A stretch of 64,000 nucleotides of DNA. Source: Candidatus Hydrogenedentota bacterium (GTDB lineage: Bacteria > Hydrogenedentota > Hydrogenedentia > Hydrogenedentales > SLHB01). The notes below the pieces were generated by a model. It was not told the origin of the DNA. It did no database searches and saw nothing but the letters and a program-made list of their open reading frames with translations. Position numbers and translations under genes: made by a program. The DNA lies in assembly GCA_963674865.2 (NCBI GenBank), contig CAXXYE010000009.1, forward strand, positions 928,001 through 992,000, given 5' to 3'. Positions 49,697-57,711 of this stretch are shown here, piece after piece; positions within the stretch are counted from its first letter, which is position 1; every line of letters begins with the position of its first letter.

Positions 49697-52129
49697 ATGA
49701 GCGACGAAGTTCTCCCAAGCGAACACCATGTCCGGGAATTGGCTGGACTCTTGCCCGGTGTTGTGTTTGAGATAGGGCCAGAGGGGCGACTGACATTCGT
49801 TAACGCCCAGTTCTTCACCTTGTTCGGTTATACGACTGAGGATATCGGCCGCGGCCTTGACCCCCTCACTTTGATTGTCCCGGCACACCGTGAGCGCGCC
49901 GCGGCGAATGCGGCCGAGGTACTCAAGGGAACACACACTGGCACGGACGCTTACACTGCCCTGCGGAAGGACGGGAGCGTCTTCCCCGTCTTGGTTCGCA
50001 GTACGCCTATCCTCTCCGACGGGAAGCCCATCGGCATTCGCGGCATCGCTTTGGATATTTCCCCCCGCGCACACGTCGAGCAGGCTTTGCGAGAGTCCGA
50101 GAGGCTCTATATGTCCACCATTGATGCCTTCGACGAGCCTCTTCATATTGTCGATCCCGAGCTTCGCTTCGTCGTTTTCAACACCAAGTTCAAACAGTGG
50201 ACGGAGGCTTTGGGGATACCTGTCATTTGCGCTGGGCAGGATGTTTTTGAGGTGTTCACGTTCCTCACGGAAGACGTGCGAGAGGAGTACCGGCGCGTCC
50301 TGTCTACGGGGGAGGCCGTCGTTACTCGGGACGAGAATGTCTTCGGCGAAAGAAAGGTCACCACCGAGACGCACAAGATTCCCCTCTTCGAGGACAACAA
50401 GGTCGCTCATGTAGTCACCATTATCAGAGATATCACCGACGAAGTGGGCATGGTTGAGGCGCTGAGGGAGAGCGAGGAGCGGTTTCGCGCACAGTATCGG
50501 AGCATTCCTCTCCCGACCTTCACCTGGCAGCGGACGGACGACGACGCCATTCTTGTGGACTACAACGATGCCGCGCTCAAAGCCACGCAGGGCAAGGTCT
50601 CGGAGCACGTTGGCCTTAAGCTCGAAGAACTGCGCATGCACAGTCCTGAACTTGCGGACGAGATAGAAAGGTGCTTTGCAGCCCGCGGCGCAGCCGAAAG
50701 CGAGGTCTCCTACTGCGACGATCCGACGGGGGATGTCAGGAGTTTCGCTGTGAGTTGCGCTTTCGTTCCTCCGGATCTGGTGATGGTGCACTTTGACGAC
50801 GTAACGGAGCGGAATCGAGCGCAGGCGGCCGCACGGCAAAGGGAGGACTACCTCAACTGCCTCACGGAGATCTCCACCTTGCTTCTCGCCGCCACGGACT
50901 TGGACGTAATCCTTCCGGCCGTTATCGGACGACTGAGAGAGGTTTCCGGCGCGGATCGGTGCTGCCTGTTTCGGAACCACACCGGCTTTCGAGGCGTAAC
51001 GCTCAGTACTCAACAGATCGAAGACTGCGCTCCCGGCGTGATGTGCCAGAAGGAGAACGCCGTCCTTCAGGATTTCGACTGGGAGGAAAGCGGCGTGGGG
51101 CGTTGGCAGCGCATTCTATCCCAAGGCGGCGTGGTGAAAGGGGCGCCCCGTGAGTTTTGCGAACACGCCCGGCAAATGCTTGAGTCCCAAGGCATCGAGT
51201 GGATACTCGTGTTGCCTGTCAATGTTGCGGGCCGTTGGTGGGGGGGCGTCAGCTTTGACATATGCCGGCCGGGGGTCACTTGGCCGGAGGATATCGTCGG
51301 CTTATTGAGAACCGCGGCCAACGCCATCAGCGCCGCTATTCAACGTGAGGAGAATGAGCGAACCATCGAGAGCCAGCGCGCCAATATGGCTTCGGCCGCC
51401 CGGCTCTCCTCCCTGGGGGTCATGGCCAGCGGGGTCGCCCATGAGATCAACAATCCCCTAGCCATCATCTCCGGCGCCAGCGAGCAACTCACGGCCTTTC
51501 TGGCGGGGCAGCCTATGGAGCCGGCGAAGGTTCTGTCTCTGACGAGGAACATCAGCCGCAATGTGGCGCGCGTCAAGCGCATCATCCGTGGCTTGCGTAA
51601 TTTGGCGCGCGACGAGGCGGGCGGGCCCTTTGTCGGCGCTCGCCTTGACGAGACTGTCGCCGATGCCCTGGAGGTCTGCCGCGCACGATTTCGGGCGCAC
51701 AACATCAGCCTCACGATCTCTCACATACCGCCGCAGCTCACCGTTGAGTGCCAGGCAACCCAGATTGCCCAAGTCCTCTTGAACCTTCTCAACAACGCCC
51801 ACGATGCCGCCATGATAGAGGGGCGGCGAGCCGTGACTCTCATGGTGAAGGAAGCGCCGGACCACGTTGATCTAGCCATTACCGATACCGGGCCCGGCGT
51901 TCCCTCGGATGTGCAGGAGAAGATATTTGAGCCTTTTTTTACGACGAAGGAGGTCGGCGCCGGAATGGGTTTGGGACTGAGCATTTCCCGGCAGATAGTC
52001 GAAAGGCATCACGGCAACCTCTTTCTGGACGAGGCCTGCCCCAATACGAGCTTCGTCGTGCGGTTGCCGAAGGTCCAGCCCGCAGACGGCTCGGCATCCC
52101 CGACTTCGCCGTTGCCGCGGTCGACGTAG
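49697..52129 (+). CDS. Cytoplasmic PAS-PAS-PAS-GAF sensor histidine kinase
   Basis: AHEINNPL H-box, N-box, DTGPG, FEPFFTTK, GMGLGL; no TM segment. Confidence 0.9.
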   Translation: MSDEVLPSEHHVRELAGLLPGVVFEIGPEGRLTFVNAQFFTLFGYTTEDIGRGLDPLTLIVPAHRERAAANAAEVLKGTHTGTDAYTALRKDGSVFPVLVRSTPILSDGKPIGIRGIALDISPRAHVEQALRESERLYMSTIDAFDEPLHIVDPELRFVVFNTKFKQWTEALGIPVICAGQDVFEVFTFLTEDVREEYRRVLSTGEAVVTRDENVFGERKVTTETHKIPLFEDNKVAHVVTIIRDITDEVGMVEALRESEERFRAQYRSIPLPTFTWQRTDDDAILVDYNDAALKATQGKVSEHVGLKLEELRMHSPELADEIERCFAARGAAESEVSYCDDPTGDVRSFAVSCAFVPPDLVMVHFDDVTERNRAQAAARQREDYLNCLTEISTLLLAATDLDVILPAVIGRLREVSGADRCCLFRNHTGFRGVTLSTQQIEDCAPGVMCQKENAVLQDFDWEESGVGRWQRILSQGGVVKGAPREFCEHARQMLESQGIEWILVLPVNVAGRWWGGVSFDICRPGVTWPEDIVGLLRTAANAISAAIQREENERTIESQRANMASAARLSSLGVMASGVAHEINNPLAIISGASEQLTAFLAGQPMEPAKVLSLTRNISRNVARVKRIIRGLRNLARDEAGGPFVGARLDETVADALEVCRARFRAHNISLTISHIPPQLTVECQATQIAQVLLNLLNNAHDAAMIEGRRAVTLMVKEAPDHVDLAITDTGPGVPSDVQEKIFEPFFTTKEVGAGMGLGLSISRQIVERHHGNLFLDEACPNTSFVVRLPKVQPADGSASPTSPLPRST

Positions 52130-52142
52130 GAAGCGAGCTTTC

Positions 52143-54194
52143 ATGACGGAGCGCCACACCCTCTCTAGCCGGGGCGGCGACCTCACCTTTGCCATCCGGG
52201 AGGGGCGAGTTGCCCTTGAGAACCTATGGGCCCTTCCGTGCCATTCCGGCGCGTCGTCGGCAGGCCCATTGGGGACGCGCGGACTTCTTGAGTGCGTCAT
52301 TGATCAGACTCGACTGACCACCGACGACATGTGTCTTGTCGAAAGTGCTTTCCACCCCCACCAAGCGGTCTTAGCATGGATGTCGTCGAGCGGCCCGCGC
52401 TTGCGTGTCGAAAGCGTGTGGTCCTTATGTCCCGACACAGGTGTCTGCCGCCGTGCCGATACCATCAGAAACCTGTCTTCGCAGTCCCTTGTTCTGCGGC
52501 GTTGCCTTGCACGTTTTGTGTTTGTTCCCGGCTTCTATGAGGTATACAGTCAGGGAAGCCGCTGGAGCGGCGAAAACCAGGGCGTGTGGCGGCCTATGCC
52601 GCACGGCGACCTCAGCCTCCGGTGCGAAGGGGGCCGGACCTGTCAAGGCGCTTCCCCCTACCTCTGTCTGAAACCTCAGAGCAGTGACCGCGGCGTCGCT
52701 TTTCACCTGCTCCCGCGAGGGAACTGGCTCGTCCGCGTGTGTGCCCAAACGTCCGGCAGCACCCCCGCACCGCCCCTGTTTTCGGCCGATCTAGGCTTTG
52801 ACGACGGCGACCTCCGCTTCACGCTCGGCCCCGACGGCGCCGTCAGGCTTCCCGAGATCCTTCTCCAACACGTGCCTCTCGGTGAGGTCCACCTCGGGGC
52901 CCCCGCCCTGCACCGCTTCCTCAATGACGGCTGCCTGCGAAAACGGCAACGCGCGGCGCCTGTCGTCTACAACACATGGTTTGACAGGTTCGACAAGATC
53001 GAACCTGGGCGTCTCAAGAGTCAACTGGCCGCAGCTAAGGATGTGGGCTGCGAGGTCTTCGTCGTGGACGCCGGGTGGTATGGCCGTGGCGGCGGCGGCT
53101 GGTCAAGGCAGGTAGGCGACTGGCGCGAGAAGACGTCCGGCGCGTTCTTAGGGGAAATGGCCGCGTTTGCCGATGATGTGCGCGCTGCCGGACTTGGCTT
53201 CGGCCTGTGGATGGAGCCCGAGCGTTTCCATGGCCAAGCGCCTGTTGTAAGCGCCCACCCGCAATGGTTCTTGCCCGTTTCGGAAGACTACTTCTATCTC
53301 GACCTCGAGCGGCCCGAAGCGTACGACTACCAACGCCGCGAGATAGCGCGCCTCATCGATACATATCAACTTGCGTGGATGAAGATCGATTTCAACTTCG
53401 AGTTAGCTACCGATCCACGCGGCGGCGCCTTCGCCTGGTACTATGATGCCTGGTACCGGCTCCTCGAGCAGCTCAGAGGCGATTACCCGCGGGTCTTCTT
53501 TGAAGGCTGTGCCAGCGGCGGCCTTCGCATGGACCTCAACACCCTTCGGCGGTTCGACGGCCACTTCCTCAGCGACACGGTCAATCCAACCGACACGATC
53601 CGCATCCTGCAAGGCGCTTTGCTCCGCGTCCCGCCGGGCAGCGCCATCACCTGGGCCGTTGTCCGCCCGCCGGAGGAAGTCGTCCCTCCTGGGGTCGTAC
53701 TCGTTCCCGGCTCCGCTTGCTGGGAGGACCCCGTTCTCGTACACATCGACTTCGCGGCCCGCGCCGCTATGTCTGGCCACTTCGGCCTCAGCGGCGACCT
53801 TGCCGGGCTCTGTCCCGACTCGCTCGCCAGGCTCGCCTCACATGTTGCCTTCTACAAGAAGTGGCGTGACTTCATCAGGGATGCCCACGCCCACATGTTG
53901 ACGCCGCCCAGGCCGAAGCAGGACCGCGAGGGGTGGGCCGTGGTCCAACTGGCGGCTCCGGGTGAAGTTACCTCCCTGGTGTTCGTGTATCGTTTGGAGG
54001 ATGTCTGCGCCCAAGGCCGCTTTCCGATGTCCGCTATCGACCCGGCTGCAACATATGTCGTAACCGACACCGACGAGCCCGCCGCGTCGTTGCATGTCTC
54101 CGGCAGCACACTGCGGGGCGAAGGACTGCATGTGCATCTTCCCCGTCCCAACAGCGCCAAGATCATCGTAGTGCAGCGCCGCAAGCCGGGTTGA
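52143..54194 (+). CDS. Alpha-galactosidase (GH36)
   Basis: YNTWF, VVDAGWY, FGLWMEPE, KIDFN, EGCASGGLR. Confidence 0.88.
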   Translation: MTERHTLSSRGGDLTFAIREGRVALENLWALPCHSGASSAGPLGTRGLLECVIDQTRLTTDDMCLVESAFHPHQAVLAWMSSSGPRLRVESVWSLCPDTGVCRRADTIRNLSSQSLVLRRCLARFVFVPGFYEVYSQGSRWSGENQGVWRPMPHGDLSLRCEGGRTCQGASPYLCLKPQSSDRGVAFHLLPRGNWLVRVCAQTSGSTPAPPLFSADLGFDDGDLRFTLGPDGAVRLPEILLQHVPLGEVHLGAPALHRFLNDGCLRKRQRAAPVVYNTWFDRFDKIEPGRLKSQLAAAKDVGCEVFVVDAGWYGRGGGGWSRQVGDWREKTSGAFLGEMAAFADDVRAAGLGFGLWMEPERFHGQAPVVSAHPQWFLPVSEDYFYLDLERPEAYDYQRREIARLIDTYQLAWMKIDFNFELATDPRGGAFAWYYDAWYRLLEQLRGDYPRVFFEGCASGGLRMDLNTLRRFDGHFLSDTVNPTDTIRILQGALLRVPPGSAITWAVVRPPEEVVPPGVVLVPGSACWEDPVLVHIDFAARAAMSGHFGLSGDLAGLCPDSLARLASHVAFYKKWRDFIRDAHAHMLTPPRPKQDREGWAVVQLAAPGEVTSLVFVYRLEDVCAQGRFPMSAIDPAATYVVTDTDEPAASLHVSGSTLRGEGLHVHLPRPNSAKIIVVQRRKPG

Positions 54195-54244
54195 GCCGGC
54201 AAGGCCCAGCATGGGCCGGGCTGCGGCTCTCGATGCCGGCAAGA

Positions 54245-54273
54245 TTGAAATTGCTTTCTCACGCCCTTATTAT
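54245..54273 (+). promoter_or_regulatory. Putative sigma70 promoter
   Basis: TTGAAA-17 nt-TATTAT. Confidence 0.5.
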
Positions 54274-54407
54274 TGTGCACTCTTAGTTTTTCGGAGCCGC
54301 GTCATACCGGTTTCCGGTTTCAAGGCTGCGTGCAACGCAAGAACCCGCTCCGGGTATAGAAACACCGAAGTAGGCACGTGGCACGAACTCCAATTTGTGG
54401 TGACGGA

Positions 54408-55709
54408 ATGAGAAAGAACATTGTACACGTCGGCGCCGGAAGCCTCAGCTACGAAATCCGGGAGATCGTCGGCACTGCGTATGAGATCCGCGATCTCGGC
54501 ATCGACATCACCTGGGAGAACATCGGTGATCCGATCCAGAAGGGTGAGCACGTCACGAGCTGGATCAAGGATACCGTACAGACGTTGGTAGATGAGACGA
54601 CTTCCTGGGGCTACTGCGACACCCAGGGCGTTCCCGAGACGCGTGCGTTTCTTGCCGAAGGCGTGAACGCGCGGCCGGGCGGCGTCCAGATCACGGCGGA
54701 CGACATCATCTTCTTCAATGGTTTGGGCGATGCCGTTGCCAAGATCTACGGATTCCTGCGCCGCGAGGCGCGCGTTCTGGGCCCCTCCCCGGCTTACAGC
54801 ACCCATTCTTCGGCGGAGGCCGCCCATTCCGGCTATAGCCACGTTACCTACGAGCTCGACCCGCACAATGGGTGGCTCCCGGATATCGAGGATATCCGCA
54901 ATAAAGTGAAGTACAACGACTCCATCGCCGGTATCCTTTTGCTGTCGCCTGATAATCCGACGGGCGCGGTTTACCCCCGGGAGATCCTCGAAGAAATCGC
55001 CGAAATTGCCCGGCGGCACGACCTTTTCGTGATCGCCGACGAGATTTATGTTCACATCGTCTACAATGGCGCCCCCCGCATGCACATGAGCGAGTGGATC
55101 GGGGACGTGCCCGCCATTGCCATGCGGGGCATCAGCAAAGAGATCCCATGGCCCGGCGCGCGGTGCGGATGGATCGAGGTGCTCAACAAGGGCAGGGACA
55201 AGAACTTCGCGACGTACGTCAACAGCCTTCTGGCGGCGAAGCGCCTTGAGGTATCATCGACGACGCTTCCCCAGATGGCCATTCCCCCAATCATGGGCGA
55301 TCCGCGGTTTCCCGGGCATCTCGATCTGCGCGAAGCGTGCTTCGCGGCGCGAGCCCAGGAAGCCTATGACGCGTTCAAGGACTGCGACGCGGTTATCGTC
55401 AACAAGCCCGGCGGTGCATTTTACTTCACGGTAATGTTTAAGGAGGGTGTGCTCAACAAAGGGCAGAGCCTGCCTATTGACAACCCGAAGGTCCGCACTC
55501 GCGTTGAGGAACTCGTGCAAGGCGTTGCGCCGGACAAGCGCTTTGTCTATTACCTGATGGGCGCTACGGGGATAGTGGTCGTGCCGCTTACGGGATTCCA
55601 GTCCGACCACGACGGATTTCGGATGACTCTACTCGAGTCCGACGACGCCAAACGCGCTTGGATCTTCAAGACGCTTCGCGACGCCATCGACGCGTACATC
55701 GCAAGCTGA
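54408..55709 (+). CDS. PLP-dependent aminotransferase class I/II (AlaA-like)
   Basis: NIGDP, PDNPTGAVY, DEIY, GISKEIPWPGARCGW. Confidence 0.9.
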   Translation: MRKNIVHVGAGSLSYEIREIVGTAYEIRDLGIDITWENIGDPIQKGEHVTSWIKDTVQTLVDETTSWGYCDTQGVPETRAFLAEGVNARPGGVQITADDIIFFNGLGDAVAKIYGFLRREARVLGPSPAYSTHSSAEAAHSGYSHVTYELDPHNGWLPDIEDIRNKVKYNDSIAGILLLSPDNPTGAVYPREILEEIAEIARRHDLFVIADEIYVHIVYNGAPRMHMSEWIGDVPAIAMRGISKEIPWPGARCGWIEVLNKGRDKNFATYVNSLLAAKRLEVSSTTLPQMAIPPIMGDPRFPGHLDLREACFAARAQEAYDAFKDCDAVIVNKPGGAFYFTVMFKEGVLNKGQSLPIDNPKVRTRVEELVQGVAPDKRFVYYLMGATGIVVVPLTGFQSDHDGFRMTLLESDDAKRAWIFKTLRDAIDAYIAS

Positions 55710-55813
55710 AGGGCGTCCGCGCCCTCGACTATCCGCGCTTGGAGTCTTTACCTGCCAATTCCCATGTCATGGGCGAGAACCGGTTGGGGTGTGCTCCCGA
55801 GTCCTTCGGCGGG

Positions 55814-57694
55814 CTATTTCATCGTGGGGACGATGATTCCGCGAAGGATGATCTTCTGGCAGAAGATGAAGACAAGCAAGGTTGGGACAGCGGCAATCAC
55901 AAGACTCGCCATCCAGATGGACTGATAGCTTTCATGGCCGAGCTGCCACAGGAACACCATCATCGTCCACATGTGTGGTTTCTGGCATATCAGGAATGCC
56001 CACATAAACCCGCCATAGGCCGCCGCAAAAGATCCTAGCGCGATCACCGCCAGGATAGGTTTCGACAAGGGGATTGTGATCTGCAGGAACATCCGAAGCT
56101 CACTGGCGCCATCTATCATGGCGGCCTCATAGAGTTCCGTCGGCAGGCTGTCGAAGTATCCCTTCAGGAGGAAGATTCCCATCCCGCTGGCCAAGCCCGG
56201 CAACACAAGCGCCCAATACGTGTTCAGGAGTCCCAGTTCCTTGATCAGAAGGAAATTCGGGATCATGGCGACTTCCTTCGGAAAGGCCATGGTCGCGAGC
56301 AGAAACAAGAGGATCTGATGAGAGTAGCGCAGGTTGAACCGCGATAGTCCATAGGCTGCCAGGGGCTGTACCGTCAGATGGCCGAATACGACGAGGGTAA
56401 CCAAGATGAAGCTGTTCAGAACCGCGCGCCCGTGGAAGAGGATATAGTCGAGTACCAGTCGGTAGTTGCGCAGGAAGAACTCCGAGCGGATCGCCTCCTT
56501 GTTCTTCCAGAAGGTCCACACGTCCGTCTCCGCCAGAGGCGGCAAGGCTTCGGCCCAGTTCTGCCATGCCAGTCCCTGTGCCGCATTGACGGCCTCGAGA
56601 CTTCCGTATTTCTCACGGAGCCAGTCGCGCCAAGCTCCCTCGACGGTAGCCAAGCGCTTTGCCGAAGCGGGCACATGGTTGTCCGTGAAAAGGACCCAGT
56701 CCGCGAATTGGAGGTCATTCGTAGGCATTACCGATGGGTAATCCGTTTCCGAGAGGAGGGGCAGGTCCGTGCCGTGCGCCGCGTTGTATTCGCGCACCCG
56801 TCCGTCGTAATCCCGGTGTTGAGCGAGGAGAAACGCCCGGAAAGCCTCGTCAAAATCGCCTTCCACGCGAAGGAGCGAAAGAGGAAAACGCTTCTTGGCG
56901 TACAAGTCCCATAGATCGCGCCACGGCCCTTCTTCCGAGGGACGCTCCGGAGGGAGTATTACGTCGTCTACGTCCTTGTAGGATGTCCCAAGATAGGCGT
57001 TGAGCTTGTCAACCGTGCCGATATGCCGCTCTATGTAGGCCCGAAGTCCGTAGCTGGCCAAGAGCGGCATCAGGTCCTCCGGCGCAAGAGTCTTGCGGAA
57101 TTGGAGATAGACCTCGCGCATTTCCGCTGCCTCGGGACGTGATTTGTGAGTCAGGGGGAATTCCGCGGGGACCACCTCTCGAAAGCCGTTGTATGCCGTG
57201 TCGTATTCCTTGTTGAGCGCCTCGATGTCGCCGCCATAGCGCGCCGACAGCCAATCCGCGAATTTCTGGTGTGTCGGACGCGTCCGCTTTTCGTCAATGT
57301 AGAAGGCCTGCAAGAGATTTGCGGGAATTGTCTCGATACATTCCAGCCAGTCCTTTACACGACTCTCCACGGCGGGATCCGCAACATCAAGGGGAGGAAT
57401 CTCGTCCAGGTACCGGAAGTTCGGTACCTCAAGGCGATGTACGCGCTTCGCTACGTTGAACTCGATGCCGTAGCGGTCGTCGAGCCACTTGCGGTATAAG
57501 GCCGTGTCGTTCCGGAGATAGGCCGGTACGATGCGCCAATCCTCAAAGTCCAGGTCCGTCGTCACCGACGCTCCCAGCATCAGCAAGAACGGGTACGCCA
57601 TCGTTACTGAGCCGAGCGTCAACACCAGATAGATTGTCCCGTAGATCATCCGCGCCGTCGGATTCTTCCGTTCTACGGGGCCAAAAAGCGCCAT
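55814..57694 (-). CDS. Carbohydrate ABC permease (MalG-like) with a large extracytoplasmic insertion
   Basis: LYEAAMIDGA EAA motif; about 370-aa soluble insert after the first TM helix. Confidence 0.85.
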   Translation of the reverse strand: MALFGPVERKNPTARMIYGTIYLVLTLGSVTMAYPFLLMLGASVTTDLDFEDWRIVPAYLRNDTALYRKWLDDRYGIEFNVAKRVHRLEVPNFRYLDEIPPLDVADPAVESRVKDWLECIETIPANLLQAFYIDEKRTRPTHQKFADWLSARYGGDIEALNKEYDTAYNGFREVVPAEFPLTHKSRPEAAEMREVYLQFRKTLAPEDLMPLLASYGLRAYIERHIGTVDKLNAYLGTSYKDVDDVILPPERPSEEGPWRDLWDLYAKKRFPLSLLRVEGDFDEAFRAFLLAQHRDYDGRVREYNAAHGTDLPLLSETDYPSVMPTNDLQFADWVLFTDNHVPASAKRLATVEGAWRDWLREKYGSLEAVNAAQGLAWQNWAEALPPLAETDVWTFWKNKEAIRSEFFLRNYRLVLDYILFHGRAVLNSFILVTLVVFGHLTVQPLAAYGLSRFNLRYSHQILLFLLATMAFPKEVAMIPNFLLIKELGLLNTYWALVLPGLASGMGIFLLKGYFDSLPTELYEAAMIDGASELRMFLQITIPLSKPILAVIALGSFAAAYGGFMWAFLICQKPHMWTMMVFLWQLGHESYQSIWMASLVIAAVPTLLVFIFCQKIILRGIIVPTMK

Positions 57695-57711
57695 CGATAC
57701 CTCGCTGCTTC

